A stretch of DNA of 63,721 bases, counting the filler, from Octopus bimaculoides (Eukaryota): the NCBI RefSeq assembly GCF_001194135.2. It is 7 parts of 6 records of this genome, joined end to end, with 100 filler letters (N's around TTAATTAATTAA, not from the genome) between each part and the next. Parts side by side here need not be neighbours in the genome. Positions count along the whole stretch, not along the records: positions 15,825 to 25,905 come from NC_068983.1; positions 26,006 to 42,320 come from NC_068990.1; 5 more parts are not named here. One strand, written 5' to 3'. Below are positions 24,240 to 37,745 of the stretch, one piece after another (within the stretch, counting starts at the first letter, position 1; each line of letters opens with the position of its first letter). A program made the translations under genes and the position numbers. The notes below the pieces were generated by a model, which searched no databases, had not been told where the DNA came from, and saw only the letters and a program-made list of their open reading frames with translations.

Positions 24240-25360
24240 CCAGGTATATAATATATGTCAGGTATTGATCTTCTGGCCACCTCTTTAATTTACGCCGATT
24301 TGCTGCCAATCCAAAAGTTTTCCAGTCTCTTATTCGTAACCTCCTTTATGCAGATGACTGTGGCTTAGTTACTCATACAGTGGAGGACATGCAAATACTT
24401 ATGAACCGTATTCCTGCTTCTTGCGAGGCATTTAGACTCAGCATTAGCGTGGACAAAGCTATTGTAATGTTCCAGCCTGCATCAGGAAATCCATATGTGG
24501 AACCAGCTATCTTGGTTGAAGGAACAATATTGAAAGTGCTAGACAAGTTTGTCTACTTGCGCAGCATACTCAGCCGTTCTTGTTCCCTTGATGATGAAAT
24601 ATCTTTCAGGTTGTAGACAGCAACTGATCCCATCCGGTCTCTTGCGTCTCGAGTCTGGTCCCGGCATGGCATCACAAGGCAAACGAAAATTGCTGCGTAC
24701 CGTGCGTGTGTTCTGACATAGCTCCTTTACTCATGTGAGACATGGACCCTTTATAAGCGTCGTGTAAAGGTCTTTGAACGCTTTCATAAGAAATGTCTGA
24801 GACACATTCTGAATGTTGGCTGAACCTTAAAAAACTCCAGACACACAGGTCCTGAGGAAAGCTGATATCTTGAGTACTGAGGCGATGGTGCACAAGTACC
24901 GGTTACGTTGGACTGGACATCGTATTAGAATGATGGATAGCAAGATCCCTAAACAGATGCTATATGGGAAACTTGTTACTGAAAAGAGACCTCGACAGAA
25001 ACCAAGGCTGCGATTTAAGGACTGTCAAATCCTCATTAAAGGCTTGTGGTATACATGAGACCGACTGGGAGAGCAATAACTGTCATCGCCACAGATGGAG
25101 GAAGCAGGTTAAGGAGGGAATCGACACCTTTGAGGGAGCATGTATTTTGTATGAAAAACTTAAGTGTGCTGCTCGAAAGCGTACTGCTAGCATAGTGAAT
25201 GGGGAAAGCTTGGTTTGCAATGTTTGTAGTTGTGTGTGCTTGTCAAGAGCAGGGCTCATTAGCCACCAACAGAGCAGCAAATGCAAAATATAATTTAGTC
25301 TTAAAGCGCACAATCTTCGTAAAGGTCAGCACTGGTCTTCCTCGGTCACGAGTGGATGGC
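24240..25360 (+). pseudogene. RTE (BovB-like) LINE 3' half: RT C-terminus and terminal C2H2-like motif
   Basis: LIRNLLYADDC, FVYL.S.LS, YRACVL..LLYSCETWTLY, RLRWTGH..RM..SKIPKQMLYG and CNVCS.VCLSRAGLISH. Confidence 0.92.
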
Positions 25361-25404
25361 CATCATGTGTTTACGTATGTATGCATGTTATTGTTCAGTT
25401 TTAA

Positions 25405-25612
25405 TTCAAGATTTCTTGCCATTAGAGAAAGAGCCGGTTTCTAAAGTAGATCTAAGGCTCTTTCATTGGAATTTCAAAATCAATAACAGGGTATGTATGT
25501 ATGTATGTATGTATGTATGTATGTATGTATGTATGTATGTGTGTATGTATGTATGTATGTATGTATGTACGTACGTACGTATGTACGTATGTATGTATGT
25601 ATGTGTGCGTGT
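25405..25612 (+). repeat. Short interspersed element ending in a (GTAT)n array
   Basis: AGAGAAAGAGCCGG...AAGGCTC.TTCATTGGAA.TT...AACAGGG(T/C)ATGTATG; related pieces at 6838-6900, 6925-6990 and 33362-33400 (minus). Confidence 0.65.
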
Positions 25613-25619
25613 ATGTGTC

Positions 25620-25815
25620 CCTTACCACCGCACTTCACAAATGTTGTTGCTTTGTTAACGTCCAATTAACTTAGTGGTTTGGCAAAATGGAGACGATAGA
25701 ATAATTACCAGGCTTTAAAAAAATAAGTACAAGGGTGGATTCGTCCAACTAAACCCCTTCAAGGCGGTTCCTAAGAATGCCTGCACTCTAGTGACAGAAA
25801 CTGGAACAAGTAACA
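25620..25815 (+). mobile_element. Diverged 3' half of a family B SINE
   Basis: AACTTAGTGGTTTGGCAAAA...GATAGAATAATTACCAGGCTT...CTTCAAGGCGGT...GAACAAGTAA. Confidence 0.6.
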
Positions 25816-26108
25816 GAAAAAAGATGTATGCATTCAAATATGCATATCTTTACATAACATAAGCAAACGTATATATACATATATACATACATGTTTATTT
25901 ACATANNNNNNNNNNNNNNNNNNNNNNNNNNNNNNNNNNNNNNNNNNNNTTAATTAATTAANNNNNNNNNNNNNNNNNNNNNNNNNNNNNNNNNNNNNNN
26001 NNNNNTATATATATAAGTATATCTATACCTGCGTATGTACCTGTCTATATATATGTGCATTATATTTATATCTATCTATATCTATATCTATCTGTCTATC
26101 TATCTATC

Positions 26109-26150
<42 letters not shown>

Positions 26151-26759
26151 CATCCATATATATACACATATCTATATGTGTATAGATAAATAGGTACTCA
26201 TATTCACACACACTCACACACACACGCCCAAATGCACCTACTCAAGCACACATACATATACATACGAGAGAGTTATTATAATATATTTTTTGTTCTTTGT
26301 TGTCTCTTTTTGTCTGTTATTGCTAGCACAGTTATAACATTCATTCTATAATATATATAATAGCCATGTCATAGAGTTTTTATCGCACAATGTTATTTGT
26401 TGATTTTAATAGCTTCTGAGTTTATATTTTTCATAGCCAACAATTCATTATCGCCGCTAACAACTGTAAGATACCTCGATTATCGAAATGATTAACTGTT
26501 GTATTTTACACTAAACTTTGTTTTCACTGTCGCTTTTTTTTATTGTTTCTTGTATTTTTCTCTCCTTATCTGTGGGTAATTCCACATGATATTTATGTTA
26601 TATCTATTTATCTATATTTATGTCAGTATAATGCAGTAAACTATGCGCGTCAATACATTCATACATGCATACACACACATACATACATATATATATGTGT
26701 ATATATATATATATATGTATATATGCATATATGTCTATATGTATATATGTATATGTGTG

Positions 26760-26792
<33 letters not shown>

Positions 26793-27597
26793 NNNNNNNN
26801 NNNNNNNNNNNNNNNNNNNNNNNNNNNNNNNNNNNNNNNNNNNNNNNNNNNNNNNNNNNNNNNNNNNNNNNNNNNNNNNNNNNNNNNNNNNNNNNNNNNN
26901 NNNNNNNNNNNNNNNNNNNNNNNNNNNNNNNNNNNNNNNNNNNNNNNNNNNNNNNNNNNNNNNNNNNNNNNNNNNNNNNNNNNNNNNNNNNNNNNNNNNN
27001 NNNNNNNNNNNNNNNNNNNNNNNNNNNNNNNNNNNNNNNNNNNNNNNNNNNNNNNNNNNNNNNNNNNNNNNNNNNNNNNNNNNNNNNNNNNNNNNNNNNN
27101 NNNNNNNNNNNNNNNNNNNNNNNNNNNNNNNNNNNNNNNNNNNNNNNNNNNNNNNNNNNNNNNNNNNNNNNNNNNNNNNNNNNNNNNAGAAAAAGAAAAA
27201 TCATGTGCAATGAAAAAAATCACCATCATACTTTATATCTTTTGTGCTAAGTGTAGTTTTGACGTCTATTTTTTTCTTGATATTTTCATTTATACTCGAT
27301 TAGACGACTATGGTCACATTTAGTTAACTGTTATATTTATTTCTCGTTTGACATTTAGTACTTTCATCATCTTCATGACTATCATCACAGTAATTTTCCT
27401 CGTTGTCGTCATTGTCGTCCTCTTCACCATCCTCCTCCTCGTCATCATCATCATCATTATCATCTTCATCATCGTCATCGTCATCGTCACCATTGCTATG
27501 CTATTCGACACATCATATTCTTATAGTCATGCATAAACAAAAGAAAAGAAGCACACCATGATCTCCATATATTTACTGCTCGTACATAATTCTTAAG

Positions 27598-27666
27598 CAT
27601 CGTTTCACACTCGAATCCATAAATTTAGACACTCTAGTCGTCAACTGGTTGCTCGTGATGAATATG
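27598..27666 (+). CDS. Candidate 69-nt internal exon (phase 1-1), product unknown
   Basis: TTCTTAAG acceptor, G|GTGAGT donor, open reading (A)SFHTRIHKFRHSSRQLVARDEY(G). No homology recognised. Confidence 0.2.
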
Positions 27667-28714
27667 GTGAGTTTCATCAATCCACCCAACTCCAAAGTTG
27701 AAGTCAGTGATAGAGCTAATGTCCAATTGTTGTCATATTATGATATCTGAACAGTCTACTTTCCGAACATCAACAATAGTAGTGACGACATCTCCCATCT
27801 CAGTGATGAGTTGCCTTCTGGTGTTTTGGTGCAATGGTTACAACCAACTTCACGATAAATCGGATTTATTCGTCAAACCTATAAACTTTGTACCTTTGAC
27901 TTTTCTGTCTACACCTTTCTGTGATCCTGAAACACTATGAATGCAATCAACGTCAACTGACTGAACGATCACTTTAGTTCAAAGAAATATCAAGCTTAGA
28001 ATCTCGCATGTTGTATCACTAACAATCTATCGTATACACACACACATGCACATACATCTATATATATATTTAAATATCTGATATATATGCAAATAGAAAC
28101 CCATGTATGCACATGCAATTATGTTTGACTGAATATATATATATATATATCCAAAGTTTTAAATTTAAAAGAGAGTTTTGACGCTAATATCCATTATTAT
28201 TGAAATTTATTCCTATGTCAATATTTCTGCATAAGGCTATATTTGACTGTCAAATTTAAGTCAAACATATAATTTGCCTTACACGTCTTCAGGGAAATAC
28301 ATTTGAGAACAAACAAAAATCAAACAAAGGTCAAGAACAAGAGGTAAATACCACATCTCTAGGTTTCGTCCATATTTAAATTTGTCCATATTTAAATTGG
28401 TAACGATTACATGTTTCTCTATGAACAAATATATATATATATAAGGATTCTTCGTCACTCCACTTTTCACCTGATGGAATGAGATTGTTTGCGCGCATCG
28501 ATTCTTTTTGTAGTTGCTTTACCAAATAATAAATCAAGTGTTTGCATTGGCAAATGCTACTGTAATTAAGGCACGTATATATACACCCTAACAATGTTCG
28601 ATTGCTGATTCATGATATTCAGTCCTTAATAATGGTTCCTCACCTAGTCCTAAATATTCAGTTTAATTTTATTATTCTTCATCTCTTTGATATGCAATAT
28701 TTATTTTAAATTTG

Positions 28715-28850
28715 TTGCCCAAACGTACAGCGAAACTGTAACTTATGTCTTACTGAGAAACTTCATGTGCCACTTCAGTCGAAATTTTGGATGAAAGAAA
28801 CAAACATGTTTGAATCTGCTGGCTCACGCACAATTCTTTCGTCACTAATA
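28715..28850 (+). pseudogene. Penelope-like GIY-YIG endonuclease C-terminal remnant
   Basis: RNCNLCLTEKLH, then after a frameshift ILDERNKHV.ICW.TH, resembling the PLE motif CxLCxxEK...LNxR.E..C.H. Confidence 0.5.
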
Positions 28851-31800
28851 CTTTTCATACTTTGAATAACAATTGACGTTAAACACTACCTAATTTAGTA
28901 TAAGCACATTCAAAACAGTTTTTATATTCATTGTTTATTATTAATACGCTTTTGTTATTCAAATTTTTTACTTCTTTAGCCATCACAAACAATTTTACGC
29001 TTTTATGAAACCTTACCAGGCTTGATTGTATTTCTAATTTTTCATCAAAAAATTCTAGAAACAATGCCTATTCCCAGTAAAACTGTATCTGTATAAACAC
29101 CATAATGTACACAGTTTATTGATAGTTGATGTGCCTCTGAGAAAAGTAAGAATACTTGAATTTCAAGTTTATTTCTCGGAGAAATATTGCATCATTTTGA
29201 CAATTTATAAACAAATGTATTTTAATGTCTTAGTCATAAGAGAAAGATGAGTTGCATGACATTTTCAAGGCCTTTGTGACTGGTGAGACCTATCCTCAGA
29301 CTAGAAATTTACCCTAATGTTTGTAAAAACCGAACTGTATTCCGCTAACGACATCCATTAACTCGTTTGTAGTGTTAATCCATGAGATGGTTTAGATCTA
29401 TCACACGACAAGCTTTCATGCATTTTCTGTTCACAAAATTCCAGTCACAGGGTATTAGTTAACCGGAGACTGTTAAAGAAAATTATCTAATTGTCGTAAA
29501 TAGATGGAACATAAAAGCCACAGCTATGAAATGAATTCCTTAACTGCTCAGTCATATCTACTGAAGATCATCAAAATCGGTAATGCGTCAGATTTGTGAG
29601 ATTTAGTTATATCTGTTCAAATATTGAGGTAGATTGGGTATCCCATGTTCCTGATATGCCGATATCTAGTGATATACCGATGTCGATATAATTGATAATA
29701 CCCTCCCTTAAAATTTGGAATTTTGTGCCTCCGTTAGAAACTTTTATTGATTTGAGTTTTCATTCGAGAGATTTATTAAATACCTGCGAGGTAGATCAAT
29801 AATTTGAAAGCGAAATCGATAATTTCATGTGTAGATCTATAATTTGATAGATAAAAAAAATACAGATCTTGCAAAATGCGTTGAGACATTTTCAGGATTA
29901 ATAGATGTTATGTAAGCATTTCCGAACAACTTTTACAGATTGTAGTCTTGCCACTTCCTGGAACATTCCACTGTCTATCGTTATAAGTATTCTCTCAATG
30001 TCTTTAGTGAAGTGGTTATATATTATTTCAGTTGTATATATCACCAATCAGATGATAGACCTATTAATTAACCTCTGTAATATATTTAATTCACTAGTTA
30101 ACAATATTTACAAATCTAGAACATTATAGTGTCTGTCCGTAATGGAAATCTGTCAGTCTTTATAACCCGGCACTGCATCATTTCAACTATATCAATACCA
30201 AATGGGAAGATGAATCTGTTTCTGAATTGTTCATGCCTTTAATTCTACTGTTAAATTTGTGTAATACCATAGTATTTCAGCTCGCTCCTCTGTAATGCTA
30301 TAATAATTGGATCCTACTATATCGTGATTATAAGTATTCGCTACTATTCTCGTTTTCATTGTAGCAAACTTTATTAGGCTTTATTATGTAGCATATCGTA
30401 GGGCGTTAATATGCTAAAGTCCCTAATATATTTTGACGGAGAAGACAGTTTAGAATTTAGCCCCAGCCAAAACCTGCAAAGCAGCGATCAGAATGAGTAT
30501 GGCGATGATTGAGAAACTGGTCCTCTCAACGTGTTCACGTGCTCTCTGCATGCTAGTGGAAAAGCATTAAGAGCAGTATAGAAGTTTAAGTATCTTGACT
30601 TTCAGCACAGTTTTAGAAATAATTTTTGCGACCACCAGAAACAAACGTTATCGCTTATCAAGTTTTCAGTATAAAAAAATGGATAAAATGCTTGTAACCG
30701 GAGCAACTTCTGAAGGCCACGTACGGTTAAATTGCAATAAAACGGGGATATATTCAGGTCGGCTGCAATTCTCTTTTTTTTTTTTTTTTTTTTTTGCTAC
30801 TGATTTACAGAAGGTCATATGGCAATGGTAGCAGCTAGAAAAACCAAATCAGATTCGATTCCGGATGAAAGCGAACTCATAATATTACACAGAGTACTAA
30901 CACTTATGAGCGAGATATGAATGTTACTCACTCACAATCTGTTGCCTCACAAAAATGATTGTGACTTAACGATTTTCTTATTGATGAAATTAGAAGTGGA
31001 AGAAGTTTGAATGCATATATCTTCCTACTCTCTGTTCACATCCCACCCATTGTAGTTGTGAATTTCCCGTGTTGAATTACTGTAGTATTTTTTAATGATG
31101 TAAATAACTTTAAAGATCTATCTATATGCGTGGTTTTAAGCCTAAGGTCGAAGTTCTGGGATCTATTAAATAAGTATTTGTCAAGAATTGAGTGTGTGTG
31201 GGAGTGGTGGTGTCGATTCAATTCACTGCGCAATTGAAAAATTGAATATCTTTGGCCCTAAAGAATTCATTGCGCATTGAAAAATTGAATACCTTTTGCC
31301 ATAAAAGAAGAAAACTTGATATCAAGAAACTAAACTAAGTACCAGACGAATATTGAGAGCACTTTAATTTACAATAAAACTTCTTCACTATACATAACTT
31401 TATAAAAAGAAAAAATAACGAACGGAGAAATAAGTAAATGTCAATTATAGGGTCTCTGTTGCAATTCACCATAAACCTATCTCAATATTGAGCCATGTTA
31501 GGAATCGTCATTATTATTGATAGCGTTATTGTTGATATTGTGGTTAAAGTTATGTCAAAGTTTTGCATATATTTCATATATTTCTATATCTATTTACGTT
31601 TTGTTCTTTAATCTATAGCCTCACGTATATTTAACATAATTTTCAAAGGTTAATATTTCCGATGCTTTTCTCCATAAATTGTTCCATTTGGGGAATTAAA
31701 GAGGTTGTTTCTGGCATTCTACATTCAAATATATTGATTTATATATGTGTGTTCATGTGTATATTTGTGTGTTTTTGTTTGTGTATATACATACATAAAC

Positions 31801-32347
31801 ACACACACACATATATATATATATATAAATTTATATACACATACAATCACACACACACATTCACAAAGAAAAACACAAATAGACGCACACGAAGTAAAAT
31901 AAACAAATGAAAGGAACAAAAACAAATTATACAAACCAAAAATAAAAGAAAAATAATTCGCTTTACAGTTCAGTCTTTATAACTCAATTCATGATATTAA
32001 TTCTTAGAGCCAAATAGATGGGAAGTTAGGGAGAAGAACACAGTATATGTGCATATGTGGGTATGTGTACAAATGTATGTACAAGCAATACGGATATATA
32101 AAAATAAGAAGACAGAGATATGGTAAATTAGATAGACATCTAAATGTTTACAAGGCAGAGGATAAAGAAAAACAAAATAGCAGAGTGAATATAAAGACAA
32201 AAGAATAAATGGAAATTTGAAAGGTGATTATCAACTACAATATGCATAAAAATGTATATGCGTTTGTTTAGGTGGTATGTGTGTGTGTGTGAGTGTGTAT
32301 GAATGTATATGTATATTAATATACGTATCTCTCTCTCTCTCACTCTC

Positions 32348-32379
<32 letters not shown>

Positions 32380-32651
32380 TGTATATATATNNNNNNNNNN
32401 NNNNNNNNNNNNNNNNNNNNNNNNNNNNNNNNNNNNNNNNNNNNNNNNNNNNNNNNNNNNNNNNNNNNNNNNNNNNNNNNNNNNNNNNNNNNNNNNNNNN
32501 NNNNNNNNNNNNNNNNNNNNNNNNNNNNNNNNNNNNNNNNNNNNNNNNNNNNNNNNNNNNNNNNNNNNNNNNNNNNNNNNNNNNNNNNNNNNNNNNNNNN
32601 NNNNNNNNNNNNNNNNNNNNNNNNNNNNNNNNNNNNNNNNNNNNNNNNNNN

Positions 32652-32687
<36 letters not shown>

Positions 32688-32709
32688 CTATAGATAGAGA
32701 GATAGATAA

Positions 32710-32742
<33 letters not shown>

Positions 32743-32761
32743 CAGATAGATAGATAGATAA

Positions 32762-32794
<33 letters not shown>

Positions 32795-33314
32795 CAGATA
32801 GATAGATAGATAGACATATGCATATATACAGACATACATGCATAAATACATACATACATACATACATTCACACATGCATACACATGTACTCACACTCACA
32901 TTACATTTAACTCGGAGGTTTGTCACCAATGAAATACGAGTCTAAATAATGTTTTTACTTACAGAAAATTCACAGATGTCTTTAACGTAAATAAATTCAT
33001 TTTTCTTTCATTAATGCATCTTTAATATGCGTGCTTCAATGTGCCCCCCCCCCATTTGTGTGCATTTAATAGGCGGTAGTCACAAAGAATCGAGAATTTC
33101 GCATATGTTCATATTTTGAGTTTTGTACTTCCCAACTTATATATACAGGGATACATATATACATGCATACATACATACATAAATATATATATATATACGT
33201 ATGCATGTATGTATGTATGTATGTATGTATATATATATATATATATATACATATATATGTATATACATGTATAAACATATGTATATACATATAAATATAT
33301 ATATATGTATATAC

Positions 33315-33368
<54 letters not shown>

Positions 33369-35879
33369 AAATTCCAATGAAGGAGCCTTCATTAAACACC
33401 TGTTTAATGAAATGACTGCTGAGTGTTACATTACGTTAATATGTTATTTTCTTCACAAAACAATTAAAGAGTGATCCATTAATAAAGGAGTGAGAAGCTG
33501 CTATCCTGGTTCTGTGAGGGCATTCCTTGACTACCTCTTCTCCAGCCCTTGCACTTTGGTACTTCAAAGTATGCCACTGAGTATCTTTATTACTAGTCAA
33601 AATCCGTCATTTTAGGGGATGATCTTTATATTGGTGTATTATTTTTATCAGTTGCCCATCATATGCTGCTCTCTAAATTCAGACCATATCTCCAGTTGAA
33701 TCATTATAATAATTTTTTCGTCTTCCTTCAGGTCTTTTAGCAGATCCATCACGCATTGTATCTGTTCGCACGACCATATATCTTTGACACTCCAGGAAAA
33801 TGGCCGCAGTTTCCAGCCTCTTACGTTCCTTTAGTATTAGTTCATTCTCGTGTTGCCTTTATTTTTTTTTCAGCTTCCACTAATTTTCATTGCTGCAAGA
33901 TGATAGGGGTGGGTGCAGCCACTCGTTGCTTGCGACTGGTGCTCTTCTGCAGGAGACACATCGCTCCTCATCTGCTTCATTGTTGGTCCAACAGGCAGGA
34001 GACGATTTAGCAATCTATGGAAATGCAACCAATGACAGTTTGATAGATCAGTAGCATCATGCATTTATGTAGTCTGCTGCTGTTACCGCTGCCGTCTTGT
34101 CTGCTTTTGATGTCTCTTTTAGAAATCTCTTAAGTGTCATTTACTGTCACATGTGTAGCAACTGCATAGTTATTCTGATTGACCTCTTTTCTCTTCTTTC
34201 GATAAAGTACAACTCTGGAATAGCACTGTAGTCATTAAAGATTATAAAGACCAGCATGCAAAGGAAACAACCGACCAAGAACCTACATCTATCAATAAAT
34301 CTGTCTGTGTAAGTAAATAAACTTTTATTTCTTTACTTCATGTACTGCTGCATCACCTTTAGCTGCACTAATTCAACCTGTTTCCTTACTTGACACTCGG
34401 CTTTAAAGACCAGGGTTTTGCTTTCGTAAAATCTGACCCGATCGATGGAGTACTCATTCTGGTATGCATACAAATCTAAAGATTATGAGGAGACTTTCAA
34501 CTCTTCTTTCGAGATGTATGGCTTTTTTTCTGGAATTCTGGACTACTCGTCCATATTTTTCGTTGCGCTATCTCGTGTTAAACAGACAGTTTTTATGACC
34601 TAAAAAACTTGCAAAATTCGAAAAACTACCGTCATTGCTGATAGCGCTGTTGTTTGTATTCGTATTGTTTTTCTTTTTCATTCAAATTAATATTTCCTAA
34701 TTATAGTTCTTGTATGTTCCATTGTATAGCTTAAAATGCTTCACTTCAAGTTCTATTTGATTGATTTTTTTATTTAATTGATTGTTTATTTTAAATTCTT
34801 GATATTCATTTGAAAATAGTTTGGGTACATATAATTTATATTTTTCAGGCTATCATTAACACCTTTCAGATCTGTACCTATTCTTACATTTGAGACCATT
34901 TTGGATAGAGGCTAACAAAAAACATGGCTATTTGCCAAAATATATAAGCGTTTTAAATTGTCTAAAGCAACATTGTTTTCGTATGACAGTTCATAATGTA
35001 TACCATAAACAATTTGAAGTCTCCCATTATCAAATGGGAAAAGAAAAACTTTTCTTATAAAGTATTTCATTAAAATTACTATTTCGCAGAGCTCTGACGT
35101 CAACATCAGTTATTTTGAGCATCCATAAGTAGCTCATATGCCATTGGAACCAAAAAATGTCTGCTTTGTACAACAGAAAAAAAGCGTAAATTTAAAGACT
35201 GCAAAAATGCTTAAACATCAGATGACATATTCTCATTTTCATAAGCGTTCACCCATTTGTTCGAAAATGACATCACCAACAGTTAGAATTCAAAATCTGG
35301 TGGTGTCCACTGGATAGGTTGCCTTCAATATCACTTTACTTGAACGTATTCATGTTACACATGTGTGAATATCTCGAAAATAAAGTCTGGCAATATGAAC
35401 TCGCCAAAACTCACGAATTAATTACTAAAACCAGATGAACTTCACACGTAATTTTTATCTCAAGGGTAACCAGTCGTTACCCGAAAGTTTACAAGCTTGT
35501 TTGGCGATTGAAGCAGCGTCCTTTGAACATATGACTTGAATACAACAATTATTGACGATTTTTATTTAACAAGGGATTCTCGTACTTGTATCTAAATTTA
35601 ATTTACTTAAATCATCATTGTTGGATAAAACGACTTATAGGTAGATTTTTATCAATCCTTTTGCATTACAACCTTCCTCACTAGGGAGCTAAGAGCTCCC
35701 CTAACAAATGAAGTAGTAGAATCGAAAACTTGGTCACAGGAACTATGTACACACACATACATACACACAGACACGCACGCACACGAACACACACATATTT
35801 AGCAAGTTGTATCTCCATTTTGTATACAATCAATTTTGTATAACTTGACCAATCATTGCTGAATTGTTTATTTTTATTT

Positions 35880-36950
35880 TATAGCTTTGATAATGAGTGG
35901 TGAAAAAATTACAACGAGTGTCATTTAACCATACCTGTGGATAAAAGGACTGGGTGCAAGGGCAGTGGCGAACGAAACTAATAATGTAGAAGTCCCAGGA
36001 GCTGTCAACGAACGTAAGGCGCAATATTGATTCAGAAGTTTCAAGGGAGGTGAGACCAGCCGCGAAGACAAACTAAGGTCAAGGATACCTCCTGTCGTGG
36101 AAGGCGAGGTTTTGCTTGAACTGGTTGAACAAAAGCCAGGCAAAGCACTCGTACATTATGAGCAGAAAGAGTTCCTTCACAAAACCCATCCATTGACACT
36201 TCAATAAGCTCGTCCTTGCGAACAGACGCTGTCGTGTTCTTCATTAACTGACCAATGACCAGGCTCAGCGACGTGTGAACATTTGAATACAAATTTAAAT
36301 TATTCTTGTCGTTTGGCGTCGAATTGTAACTGGGGGGGGGGGTAAAAGATGGATCCATTTTTGTAAAACTAATAAAAGAAATCAGTGGCTTCATTTGGGT
36401 GAGACTCCAAAACCTGTTGTCAAACAAGACCTGTTTCAACAGAAAGTCGCGTTGTGTGTCTGGTGGAATTTCGAGTAGATGTTGCACTTTGAGATGGTCC
36501 CCGAATATCTTGCTGTGAACGCTAACCTTTATGTTCAACAACTGTGGCGAGTATACGTTGCTTTGAAAGCCTACCACCCGGTATTGATCAATAGAAAACG
36601 TGCACTACTACAGCAAGACAATGTGACCAAGCGCTAACTCGAGGAACTTGAGAGGCTTGAAGTGTTGCCTCACTCTGCCTACAGCTCAGACCTTGTACCA
36701 TCAGATTACACCCTTTTCCAAGCTATGGCTCATTTCCTGTGCGGACGGACGGTCAACAACGAGGATGAGGTCGACATTGGATGCAGGGAGGTTTTGCTTC
36801 TAACCCAACTAAATGGTATTGACATTGAGGCAACTGACAATAGAATACGATAGGATATATTTCGATGAATAAATGCCTCCCCTATGTAATTTGCTTGAAC
36901 TATCAATTAAAATTTGAAATACAAAAGCAATTTTTGCCTCAACCGTATAC
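35880..36950 (+). pseudogene. Mariner (D,D34D) transposase remnant, multiply frameshifted
   Basis: QKVALCVWWN, LYVQQL, LLQQDN and EVLPHSAYSSDLVPSDYTLFQAMAHFL. TIRs are not convincingly resolved. Confidence 0.9.
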
Positions 36951-36961
36951 ATACACACACA

Positions 36962-36999
<38 letters not shown>

Positions 37000-37619
37000 C
37001 ACCTCTATCAGTCAGTACACTTCTCTTTTAATCATTTTATTCTCTTTCTCTCTCTCCCTCCCCTCTTTCTCTCACCACTCTTTTTTCCCTATCGACTAGA
37101 CCAAAATGAGAATCCCCTGGTTCCACTGGAGGGATGGGTAAATGAGTGAGAGAGTATACCACTTTCTTAAACCTTTCCTTCCATCCTTCCTTAATTCCTT
37201 GCCAAAAATGCACTCTTTCTTTCCTTCTCTTTCCTCTTTCTTTTCTTACTCTTTTTCATTCATCCTTTCTTTCTTAAGCTTTTCTTCCTTTCTTTCTTAA
37301 TATTTATATTTTTTCTATCCTATTTCATGCACCGTTCTCATTTATAATTGTCGGCAAAGTATGTGCTTGCCTCCACTAATTTCATTAATTAATCATTAAT
37401 AGGAATAATAAGTGATCAATACAATATAATATACTAAACTAGAGCACACTCACTAGATATACCTATACGTCTCTCTCTCCTCCCCTCTCTCTCCCTCTCT
37501 CACTCTCTGTCCAGGCATCTTGCCAGACCGCACAGACCGACGACCAATTCTGTTTCCATTCCAAATATTTGTGAGTATACATTGTGCATATATATATGAC
37601 TATATATATATATGTATAC

Positions 37620-37661
<42 letters not shown>

Positions 37662-37703
37662 CTATGTATATGTATGTATNNNNNNNNNNTATATGTATGT
37701 ATG

Positions 37704-37745
<42 letters not shown>

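Noticed and set aside
29556-29593. CTGAAGA...GTCAGAT as a hammerhead
   Set aside because: GAAA is absent (GGTAA), stem II is weak and stem I is out of register.
33420-34140. Minus-strand coding-like text, possibly a hAT transposase N-terminus
   Set aside because: Many stops and frameshifts; only vague resemblance to a TTF/BED-type region, and no TIR found.
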